Below are positions 13,201-23,079 of a stretch of DNA of 64,000 bases, in pieces (the stretch's first letter is position 1; each line of letters begins with the position of its first letter). Made by a program: the position numbers and the translations under genes. The notes under the pieces are model-generated. The model was not told the DNA's origin, ran no database searches, and saw only the letters and a list, made by a program, of their open reading frames with translations. The DNA is taken from contig JBLDXI010000029.1 in the NCBI GenBank assembly GCA_047495785.1, positions 3,286,001-3,350,000 of the forward strand. Reading direction: 5' to 3'. This stretch comes from Lepidodermella squamata. Taxonomy: Eukaryota; Animalia; Gastrotricha.

Positions 13201-13687
13201 AAATAATAAATTTGAGAAAATATAGGAAAAATTAAAAAAAATCTCTGCTGACTTGTCACTGATGATTTGTCACTGCGCAAATGTCGCAGCTCAAATGTCA
13301 CTGCTCATTTGTCACTGATGAAAAGTCACTGATGATTTGACCCTCATTTGCTGAAATGTCACTGCTGAAAAGTCGTACAACCGGAAAATGTTTATTAGTT
13401 TAAAATTTTTTCTCAATTTTGTATTTTTTGTATGATTTTTCGAAAAACTAAGAATATATCATTATTTTCATAAATAATTCAAAAATTGATCAACAAAGTA
13501 AGAAAATTCAGCAAAAAAAGTTTTATCGATTTTTCGAATTTTCTCAATTTTTCTTATGAATATTCTAATATTTTTGAATAATTGCATTATTTCTCAATAG
13601 TGTCGCGATCATCAAGTGATGATTTTGGAGCTTCGAAGTGGCCGATACAATAATTCCGAGCGCAAGGGAGCCGCAATTGAAGCCTGA
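10285..13687 (+). CDS. Head-only SMC6-like ABC-ATPase-fold protein, ~359 aa; exons 10285-10296, 10361-10478, 10748-11249, 12394-12754, 13601-13687
   Basis: N-head GLIDKIHMINFRRH, Walker A GSSATGKS across an intron, SMC6-like FGESITIRRRI and FKIDIENP. C-head FDHETRALSIDV, LMLSLWQL, Walker-B/D-loop-like VKFADDLDAFFD, QLFIIS. All four introns are GT-AG and keep the frame open. Confidence 0.8.
11664..11734 (-). pseudogene. tRNA-Val(CAC)-like pseudo-tRNA / Pol III module inside the MITE arm
   Basis: GTCTTGTTAGTGTAATCGGTGTTATGCCGATCTCACAAACAAGTCACCCGGGTTCGATCCCCGGTCAAAGC: A-box, CTCACAA loop, perfect T-arm CCGGG-TTCGATC-CCCGG, then a T6 run. The anticodon stem does not pair. Confidence 0.6.
12042..12112 (+). 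pseudogene. tRNA-like Pol III module in the opposite MITE arm
   Basis: A-box TGGCGAGGTTGG, B-box GGTTCGAACCC, T-run shortly downstream; no intact cloverleaf. Confidence 0.5.
12824..13382. mobile_element. Merlin-like (8-bp TSD) TIR element with internal CAGTGAC repeats (intron 4 of the SMC6-like gene)
   Basis: 8-bp TSD GGAAAATG (12816-12823, 13383-13390); ~70-bp near-perfect TIR GACTTTTCAGCAGTGACA..TCAGCAAATGAGGGTCAAATCATCAGTGAC; right end CC. Superfamily assignment is inference. Confidence 0.8.
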
Positions 13688-13907
13688 AAGTTGAAGCTCG
13701 CAATCCTAATTAATGAGGCAATAAAAAAACTTTTTTTCATTTTGTTCTCATCTCCGCAGCCTCATCCTCATTGGCTCATTTTTATTATTATTACCTCAAT
13801 TACAATTGTTTGTTGCTTTTATTCGGAATTATTTGGAATAAAATCACATTTGAGCGATAAAATGGAAATTTTCTGATATTTTTCCCGGTCTCTCAAGATT
13901 AAAAAAG

Positions 13908-14337
13908 TGCGTACCCTAAATTTAGGGTTCCAGCACTAAATTTGAGACATCAGCACTAGATCCCCCTAAATAGGGTTTCTCGAGTTTCTAGGCTTCACTA
14001 GAATCTCAAATTTTTCTTTATCGTGCCTAACCTTCATATTACGCGTATTTCGCGCTATGATCGGCTAGTTTACTAATTATGCTTCATCGTATAGAGCCGA
14101 TATCGATTCTAAGTATCGATTTTACTAATCACTGATTTTCCCGATATCAGCCGTCTTGGAACACAAGATCGATGGTTTTTCTACGTAGCTTAGGGCACCA
14201 TGAAGCTAAAATAGAAAATCCTAGGTTCAGGTTCGGTATCGAACCAAAAACGAAAGCGCCGAAATCGCAAAGAATGTGAAAAATTGATGGACAGGACGCT
14301 TAAATTTAGTGCTGGAACCTCATTTTTAGTGGTACAG
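13908..14337. mobile_element. Dispersed ~430-bp MITE family (other copies or fragments at 6731-7170, ~8680-8830, ~14980-15210, ~30480-30670)
   Basis: TIR-like GGTTCCAGCACTAAATTT/AAATTTAGTGCTGGAACC; shared internal motif ATCGATTTTACTAATCACTGATTTTCCCGATATC found in the other copies. Confidence 0.7.
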
Positions 14338-14549
14338 ATATTCGGACCCTTTAAACAAATCAGTTTAAATTCGGCACAGGCAAAATTCCGCCAATTTTAT
14401 TCAGTTTTAATATTATAAAATTGTCAGGTAAAATCGCACGAGAGTTTTGATTATCACTATAATAACAATTGAAACAGTTTTTTCAAGAAACTATTCCCGA
14501 AAATGAATTCTTCAGGAAGAACGTCTAAAATTGAAAGACAAAGTACATT

Positions 14550-17138
14550 TCACTCCTCAAAGTTGAGAAATCGAGACAGGCAGATAGGCAGAGATAGCTG
14601 GTCCACGGCAGTTTTTCTTGCTTCAGCGCCCATTGGAAATCGATCGAGAATCGAAGCTCGGCAAATGAGTTGCAATTTCAACGGATAAGCTTCGGTTACG
14701 GCCTTTTCAAGGGCAATCGCACTGACATAACTGATCGCGAAGGGCCGATTATTTTCGTCGATTCCTGTCTGATTAGCAACGGATAGCCCTTGGATCGAGT
14801 TGAGAAATTTCGAAACATTTAGTCCAGTTGTTTTCCGGGCAGAAATCAAGGTGGATAATGCTGTATTTCCGATAGGAGAAGATGCTACAAGACCTAAACA
14901 AAATTCGCAATTGTATCAAGTTATGTTCAATATTCTGAATTAAATTAATTTTAAAATTCAAATTTATAAAGAGAGTTCCGAAGGAAAACCTAATTTTCAG
15001 GTTCCAGCGGTTGATTTCGATGAAACAGGGTCGAAAAATTTGCAGGGCTAAACCTGAGGTTCCCCCAAGGCACCCCAAGGTATAAAGAAAACCTATACAT
15101 GTAGGATTCCAAGACGGTTGATATCGGAAAAATCACTGATTTGTAAAATCAATACCTGGAATCGATATCGGCCTAAATTTAGTCCTAGAACCTAAATTTT
15201 GGTTTTGCAAACAAAGTCTTCATTTAAAAAAAAAGGTTCAAAAATATTTTTAAATTTCAATTTAAGAAAAGAATTTCAAAATATCAAAATATCAAAATTT
15301 CAAATTTTTTTATTTGAATTAATTATACTCGAATAATAAGTTCAATTTACAATCGGCGAAAGATGACTAGTTTAATAGTGTAATTAAGAAGCTTTAGTTA
15401 CCTGCAATTAGCCTTAGGTGAGCGTCGCCAGTCTCGCCTTCGAATGGGTCTTGCATTAACCTAGCGCCAGCCCGAATCAGCGGCAAAACAGCGCCTTGCA
15501 AAATGGCCGAAACCAGCCTGGCGTGATTTCTCTCCGGCACCCGAAGCCGCCAGTCTTGCTCACCGTCGTTATTCGGCGCCGCCATATCAACAATGAGCGC
15601 GTCTAGCGGCGAAACTGGGCCGACAATGACGCGTTTCCAGCGTAGAATAACAGCAGGGTGACACAACACACCGACTGGGGTCATAGTGACTAGGGCTTTA
15701 GCGGCTTCGCAGCTGCAAACGGCTAAATGGTGTAGGAAATGAAGCGGCGTAGCTTCGCTTAATTTTTCTTTGGCCGTCAAATCGGCGCCGTGTTTCACCA
15801 AAAGCCGCAAACAGTCGATCATTTGCACATCGGAATCAACACTAAATTAATTATTGCAAGAATGGTTAATAAAATTGCGATTTTTTCTGAATAAATATGA
15901 ATACATTTTTAATGATTTTCTCAGAATTTAAAAATTATTTTGAAAATTTTCAAAAAGATCAGAAATTCGAAAATTCAAAATTCAAATGTTGGAATATTTC
16001 TAAATTTTTGGCAAATATACCAAATTTGAAAAACAACTGTGTATTGATCAAACAATGATTTCCAAAATTAAAAATTATTTTGAAAAATTAGAAAAATTAA
16101 AATTTTGAATTTTGAAATAATATTGGAATATTTCTGAATTTTTTAATTTTCCAATGTTATACCTTGATGGATTAGGTGCCCAGTTGTAAAATCCGCACAT
16201 AATCGGCAAGCTCTCCAAAGCGTTGCCGCAATTGGTCAAAGCCGCATTTGGCAGTGCGCCAAATTCCAGCAAGGTGCGCACACCGTCGACGTAGTGCGAC
16301 CGAAGCGCGCAAAATAGAAGCGATGAAACAATGCAATGAGGCACGATGTTCCTTTGCCGTTCCAGCTCGAGTTTAAGGCCGATTATGTCATGCCCGTTCA
16401 ATAGGCACCAGAGCAGGATTTCGAGACGGCCGTCGAATGATGAAGAGCCTCCGTGTTCCGACTGATAATGGCGGTGGCGTTTTAATGGCGAGACAAACCT
16501 TGAAAAAAATTGAAAAATAAAAAATTATTATTCTATACGAAAATGAAAAAATTGGAAAAAAAGTCCTGAAACTCTGAAAAATTCCGAAAAATTAATAAAT
16601 CGATAATTGTTTAATTTGAAATTTTTGAAAAAATTGAAATCGAAAATAAAATTGTATAAATCCGAATTTTTCTAATTCTTAATCGGTTCGGAAAAGATAT
16701 ATAGAAAATTTGACCCCGTCTTTACCCAGTAGCTGATCTGAATTCGAAAGCCAGTCGACGGTAAATTGTTTGATCCGATTCTTCCTGGCCATCTCTTCGC
16801 CTCGCATTGAGTCGACCTTGTTGCCTCACCGAGGCCATTAACACCTGGGCAAACGGCATCGCCATCGCCGCGGTCTCCAGCACGATAAATCGATTTCGAA
16901 TTCGAAAATCAGTCAATTCTATACGACTAGAATGAGCACCCCTGCGAACATTCGGCCGACCATCGGGTATCATTATGGAATAATTTCGGTGTTTGAGCCA
17001 TGCCGAATTTCTTGCGGCATTTTTCGCCACACCAACAAGCTGGTCGAAGTAGGTCGGCGAGGCGAGCGGGCAGTCGGTATTTGCGCAAACCACCTGTTGA
17101 TGATAGCCGGGTGCTAACCAATGAAAATTAACTGACAT
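14550..17138 (-). CDS. Ankyrin-repeat and SOCS-box protein (ASB-like), ~510 aa; exons 17138-16726, 16498-16163, 15841-15402, 14893-14550
   Basis: Ankyrin-like segments VRTLLEFGALPN and LRLLVKHGADLTAKEKLSEATPLH; C-terminal SOCS box PLKLQLICRASI...VDQLSLPICLSRFL. Three GT-AG introns with matching phases. Confidence 0.85.
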
Positions 17139-17724
17139 TTTGTAAAATCTAAATTAAAAAAAATTATGGTTGAAATTCAGTTAAATTCGCATGTCGACAG
17201 GCAACAAAAAACGATTAATAAATTTGGAGGGAAAATAAGGGCAGATGACCTTCAAAGCGGACAATTTAATCGAGATAGGACCAGATTGGCGAACTATTAA
17301 GCTCGTGTTGACCTGGACACAGGTGGCTAAAAGCTTGAAGATTGCCATGTGATTCCATTTTAATAGCTTCGCGATGCTTTAATTTAATAAAAATGTCATT
17401 TTTCTCGCCATAAATGCTGGTAATCATGCTCACATCTCGTAATGCTATGACTATTTCATGCGAAATAATTAGGAATAAATAAAAAATAAAAATAAAAAAA
17501 TAAAAAACAAAAATTTTAAATTTGTAGTGCGCGAGATTTGATCGCCTAACTGCGACAAGAGCGCAAATTTAAAGTCGTGTGCGCACTCACTAAAATGCGA
17601 GCGCGAAATGCGACGCAACAGCAAAATCACTGAAAATCAAATGTTTCGACAAGTCTTGCTGAATACCTGATTGGGTTCAAGTTTAGCATTAGTCTCCTCG
17701 CCAGTATACCGGTTGATTAATCAT

Positions 17725-18815
17725 CACTCTAAGCCAAATCACGGCTTGTGAACCTCTCCTTTAACAATCCTACGGCAATGTAACGGCTTGTAACGAGTTT
17801 AGCTGTGATTTTGCCGTGATTAGCCGTGGATTATTTTAAAGTCAGCGACCCACTAGCCGTCAACTGCTGTTACTACACCTTTGCATTTTCATTTTATGCA
17901 AAACAAATTTCACTAATATTTTTTTCATTTTCTTTCTAATTTTATTTAAAGAAACCAACCCAAATTCTAGCCGACGTAGAATAGCAATCCGAGCTCAATT
18001 TTCGACGATTATGATATCAAATTGATCAAATTGATGACTATGGTAAGTTGACGGCGTCAAAGAAGATTATTTTACTTGAAAATCCAGCCACGAAACCAAT
18101 TTATTTCCGGGGTACGAGTACTGAAGAAAAAAACCGAATGCCGTGGTTGAAAACTTCGTGGCGAACATTCAAAAAATGAAAGTAGCCCCTAAGTTCGGCC
18201 GTTTTTGTTACATTCTGTTCGGGTTTTTGTAAGTTTTTTTAGTTTTGTTATGTTACTTCATATTCAAGATTCAAGAGAAAACTTCAGCAACAAAATAAAA
18301 CCCCTTCTTCAAAAGTTCTACACCTGATCGATTTTTGCTACTTGACATGTGCTCCTTAAAGTAATATTCAGACGAATTTTTTCGCATTAATTAAGCTTCG
18401 ATCCAAATTGATCGATCCATCGATCGGATCCAATTATGAGCCCCAACTTGATATCTCAATCTTAGAAAACAGAGCTTGCGTTGCTCTTATACATCGGTTA
18501 GAAAATTCTTTTAGTAAAAAAAGTACGACAATGAAAAAAATAAAGACGCAGAGGAGAAGAAAAAACAGCCCCTTCGCCCAAAAAAGTCGTAACGGCATGC
18601 CTACGGCAATAATCACGGCAAAATTACTCAAGGCGTGACGGACAACGGATATAGAAACGGCAAATTTCGAGATATTTTGTCATCAATGAGTCACGAAAGA
18701 GAAGTTTATACGTGACGTGTAACGAGTAACCACGGCTCAATGCCGTTTTATAGTCGTATACCATACGTGTTGCGTGATTTTTCTTTACACTTTACCCGTG
18801 ATATGACTAAGAGTG
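17725..18815. mobile_element. CACTA/CMC-type non-autonomous element
   Basis: 20-bp imperfect TIR CACTCTAAGCCAAATCACGG vs CACTCTTAGTCATATCACGG, 2-bp TSD AT. The paralogous site near 20740-20757 lacks the insertion. Confidence 0.85.
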
Positions 18816-18929
18816 ATAATATGTTCGCCTAGTATCATTTCCTGTTGAATAGACTCGTGCGTATAAACAAACGCAATGTAACCATGCTACGTGCTACACC
18901 ATTTTATTTGTCAAATTTTGAACGTTGAA

Positions 18930-19304
18930 ATGACATCAACTGCCTACACCTGGTTCTTAGCTTTCACGTCAATTGGCCTTATTTTACGCTGGTGTTCATT
19001 CGAACTTGCTCGGCGATCGGAACGACGCAGGCTTGACATGTTGGCTAATCTTATGATCGAAGGCTGTGATCAGGCCAATACTCGGATCCAAAACAATAGC
19101 GGTCTTATGAATCAACGGCCTAGTTCGATTATTGTATCAATTCCGCCAGCTGATCAAACTGCTGACTCGTCACCCTTAGTTGCGGATGATCAGCATAGAA
19201 TTGCTCCGATTTTACATCCAAACGATTTGTCTCAACCGCCTCCAACTTATGAAGAATTGGCGGAAATGATCCAAAAATCGAAACTTTCAACTGAAAAATC
19301 TTAA
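18930..19304 (+). CDS. Small single-pass membrane protein with a C-terminal PPxY motif (copy A)
   Basis: N-terminal hydrophobic segment, PPPTYEEL near the C-terminus, AATAAA after the stop; paralog at 20856. Confidence 0.7.
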   Translation: MTSTAYTWFLAFTSIGLILRWCSFELARRSERRRLDMLANLMIEGCDQANTRIQNNSGLMNQRPSSIIVSIPPADQTADSSPLVADDQHRIAPILHPNDLSQPPPTYEELAEMIQKSKLSTEKS

Positions 19305-19482
19305 AATAATTTTTGATGATAAATAAAGCTAAAAATTCAAATTTAATTGATTGCAATCACGAGACAGCCTTTTAATTAATTTCCAATTCTTTTTCAAATG
19401 TACTATGGAAATTTAGAAAAATTAGAAAAAAATTAGGATGGATCAATCTGTTGAACAATTCTTGCCAATTATTTCGTATTAA

Positions 19483-20370
19483 CACTCTATCGGCCGAAGG
19501 TTTTCGCGTGTACCTTTCCTGTAGCGACGGGGTTTTTTTGATGTACCTACCAAAAAATTCGACCCCCAGATTATTGTATTTTCTTGAAGGTCACGGAAAT
19601 CTAAGATCATTGGTCGATGTCCCGGATTTTTCCGGCTCATCCTTATTACGTAATAACAAAAAAACACTTACTCATATTTGAGTATACGGCGCCATCGTGC
19701 AAACTGCTTACTCACCTATGAGTATGCGGCGTTTTCTAGCAAATCTCATTTACTCACCTATGAGTATACGGCATCAGGTCTTACCCAGGTTTACTCTCAT
19801 ATGAGTATACGGCCTTAAAGCTCAAAATTGCTATACTCACCAATGAGTATTTAGCGCTAGCTTGGAAACATTGCAAGACCAAATTATGCAGCTATCATGT
19901 GGTTTTAGGGTTTGGTTGTTGAAAAGACACTACCAGCGATTTTTTGGAATTTTTTTCTTGGATAGCGTGCCTTCTAAAAATAAGCTGTTTTAAACGAAAA
20001 ATACTTTGAAACATGGCGCATCTCATGTAGGTGAAATGAAAAAATTAGCTAATTCTGGAATTCGATAATCTATCTATAATCGATAATCGATAATCGATAA
20101 TCAGTGATTTCTTATTCAAGAAATGAGTATAGGGTGATTTTGACATCAGATTTGACATCTACGGGGGTGACTTGTGTCTTGGGGTGCATCATGGGTATTT
20201 TCAGATGCACAGGTCTCACGTAAAAAAATCGCAAAAAAGCAACACTTCTATGTACTCATATATGAGTATACGGCGAATTTCTGCAAATTGGAGGCTACTC
20301 AAATGTGAGTATATAGCGAATTTCTGCAAATCCGAGAATACTCACATATGAGTATTTGGACGATAGAGTG
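19483..20370. mobile_element. piggyBac-type (TTAA) MITE with palindromic subterminal repeats
   Basis: TTAA on both sides (19479-19482, 20371-20374), TIR CACTCTATCG/CGATAGAGTG. The paralogous site near 21647 has a single TTAA and no insert. Confidence 0.9.
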
Positions 20371-20377
20371 TTAAAAA

Positions 20378-20425
20378 ATGAAAAGTATGCTGATGGTTTT
20401 TTGCTTCTTGATATAGCTGCCTTAG
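20378..20425 (+). pseudogene. Dead duplicate of exon 1 of the 21655 secreted-peptide gene
   Basis: ATGAAAAGTATGCTGATGG...TTGATATAG carries an in-frame stop, keeps the G|GTAAT donor, and has no exon 2. Confidence 0.7.
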
Positions 20426-20855
20426 GTAATTTTTTTTCAAAAAAATAATTCAATCTTAAATTAGAAAATGAAATTTTAATTAAAATAATTAGTAATAAAT
20501 AAAAAATAAAAATAAAAAAAATAAAATGAAAAAAGTTAAAATTTGTGATGCGTGAGATTTGATCGCCTTACTGCAACAAGTGCGCGAATTTAAAGATGTG
20601 CGCACACTCACTAAAAAGCGAGCGCGAAATGCGACGCAACAGCAAAATCACTGAAAATCGAATTTTTCGGCTTGTCTTGTTGATAACCTGATCGAGTTCA
20701 AGTTTAGCATTAGTCTCCCCGCCAGTAGACGGGTTGACTAATCATCATAGGTTCGCCTGGTATCATTTCCTGTTGAATAATTTGACTCGTGCGTAAACAA
20801 GCGCATTGTAACTGTGCCACACCATGGTTTTTTCTGTCAAATTTTGAACGTTAAT

Positions 20856-21482
20856 ATGACATCAATTAGCTACAACTGGATATCAGCTTCAGTGCCTTTC
20901 ACGCTGTTACTAGCAGCTCTTGGCCTTATTTTACGCTGGTGTTTATTCGAAGCTGTTCGGCGATCGGAACAACGCAGGCTTGACATGCTGGCTAGTCTTA
21001 TCATCGAAAGCTCTGAGCTGGCCAACATTCGGATCGAAAACAACCGTAGCCAGCGGCCTAGGTCGATTATTGTCTCAATCCCGCCAGCTGATTCATCACC
21101 CTTAATTGCTGATGGCCAGCAAAGCGTAGCTCATCCAAATCCGATTCTACATCAAGAAACAATTGATTTACGCTGGTGTTTATTCGAAGCTGTTCGGCGA
21201 TCGGAACAACGCAGGCTTGACATGCTGGCTAGTCTTATCATCGAAAGCTCTGAGCTGGCCAACATTCGGATCGAAAACAACCGTAGCCAGCGGCCTAGGT
21301 CGATTATTGTCTCAATCCCGCCAGCTGATTCATCACCCTTAATTGCTGATGGCCAGCAAAGCGTAGCTCATCCAAATCCGATTCTACATCAAGAAACAAT
21401 TGATTTGTCTCAACCGCCTCCAACTTATGAAGAAGTGGCGAAAATGATCGAAAAATCGAACATTTCAACTGAAAAATCCTAG
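20856..21482 (+). CDS. Small membrane protein with a PPxY motif (copy B), carrying an internal 79-aa perfect duplication
   Basis: Paralog of 18930-19304; 237-bp exact tandem repeat (units start 20931 and 21168); PPPTYEEV. Confidence 0.7.
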   Translation: MTSISYNWISASVPFTLLLAALGLILRWCLFEAVRRSEQRRLDMLASLIIESSELANIRIENNRSQRPRSIIVSIPPADSSPLIADGQQSVAHPNPILHQETIDLRWCLFEAVRRSEQRRLDMLASLIIESSELANIRIENNRSQRPRSIIVSIPPADSSPLIADGQQSVAHPNPILHQETIDLSQPPPTYEEVAKMIEKSNISTEKS

Positions 21483-21654
21483 ATTATTTTTGATGATCGG
21501 AAAAATAAAGCTATAGAAAAATTAATTGGTCGAAATCACGCAACACCCTTATAATTAATTTTTCAAATGCGATTTAGAAATTTAAAGGAATTGGAGAAAA
21601 TAAGGATGGATCAATCTGTTGAACAATTCTGGCTAATTATTTCAGATTAAAAAA

Positions 21655-22219
21655 ATGAAAAGTATGCTGGTAATTTTTTGCTTCCTGATGGCTGCCCTAG
21701 GTAATTTTTTTTAAATAGATGAATATTTTTGAAAATTCAACAAATTAAATTTTCAATTTTTCAAATTTATTTCAAATTTTATTCTCATTTTTTAATTTAA
21801 TAAATTTCAATTTTTTGGCAGAAATTGGTCGTGTTGAAGCTGGACGGGATCACCAGGGTGTTCAAGGCATTCAGGGTGGCCTGAACGACGACTTCGAGTA
21901 CGAACCCTACGCTAAGGTTCGGCTTCACAAGCGTTTTCGAAGTTCTGAAAGCAGCGAAGAAAGACCACGTCGTCGTAGGCAACCCGTTCGCATCGATGCG
22001 AATAACGTGAATGACAACGTCAATTTCGCCCAGGGCCAATTGCAGTCGAACCCGTGCCCATGTGTTGTTGGCGCAGCTTGCCCACCCTGCACGACTATGC
22101 CACCGGCTACGACAGCGGCTCAAATTCGATTTTTCCCACAGGGTCTTTTCAACCCTAACGGCTTGCTGCAGCCTGGTGGTAACAGGCCTAATTTCTGGAT
22201 TGATCGCTGGCAAAATTAA
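21655..22219 (+). CDS. Secreted prepropeptide, ~147 aa; exons 21655-21700, 21822-22219
   Basis: Signal peptide MKSMLVIFCFLMAALEIGRVEA, KR and RRRR cleavage sites, CPC..CPPC motif, phase-1 intron, AATAAA downstream. Confidence 0.75.
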
Positions 22220-22893
22220 CGATACAATGCATGCATGAATTTTTGGAAAAATCTAATTATTTATTCGAATAAAACAGCATTTATACTTGAGGGTTTTAAT
22301 TTGTTCCTTATAATTCTTCACGAAATTTGACAGCTTAGGGAAAATCTTACGGCGGTACCAAATTTCATTAAATTCAAAATTCAATTGTCATGTGATTCGT
22401 GATAAAACTCTTCTAAAAATAGCTATGCTACTTTTTGCATGCATTTTAGCTTGTTTGTAGCTATTTTTACGCGTACGTGACAATTACGAATGGAATTGCA
22501 AGTGACAAATTCGCTAGTTGATGAAGGATTCACACCTGTCAACCCCAAAGATTCTGTATATTCTGAACATTCGTTGTCATTGTATTCATTTTATTACAAC
22601 AACTAGCTTGCAAGCTAATTAGCTCTTAAATAGGTTTTGATTTCAGTTTCGATTTTTTTATTTTTAATGAATTGATTTTTGATGACCTCATTTCTTCTGG
22701 CAATTCATCAGCTAGCATGCTTAATAGCTCTGAATTTTTATTAAAAGCGAAGTAAGATACAATCAAATCAACTCAAAATACGGGTATTGTATTTAGCGCT
22801 AATGCTAACTAAAATGAATTTTTTATCCACATGAATAAAAATCAGCACATGAATCATCAGCACATGAATAAAAATAAAAATGAAATGTCAATG

Positions 22894-23079
22894 TTAAAGA
22901 ATTGTGCACCCTCCATTTCGTTTTCCATCCAAGGGAATCCTTGCCGAGACACCTACTTCGACGCCACCACGAGGAGTAGGAGCAACGTATGGACGTATAA
23001 CTATATTATTAGAATTGCCGACTGGAACCGGTGAAGGTCTAGGGAAAGTAGGTGGGAGGTTGTTTGAAGGATTTGACAT
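22894..23079 (-). CDS. 61-aa Pro-rich peptide ending in a CaaX box (CTIL)
   Basis: AAAATG start context, GC-richer ORF within AT-rich flanks, C-terminus KRNGGCTIL-stop. Confidence 0.5.
   Translation of the reverse strand: MSNPSNNLPPTFPRPSPVPVGNSNNIVIRPYVAPTPRGGVEVGVSARIPLDGKRNGGCTIL

Noticed and set aside
19669-19856. CRISPR array
   Set aside because: Eukaryotic context, no cas genes, located inside a TTAA-flanked TIR element, and several linkers resemble each other (GCAAA core), consistent with a diverged minisatellite.
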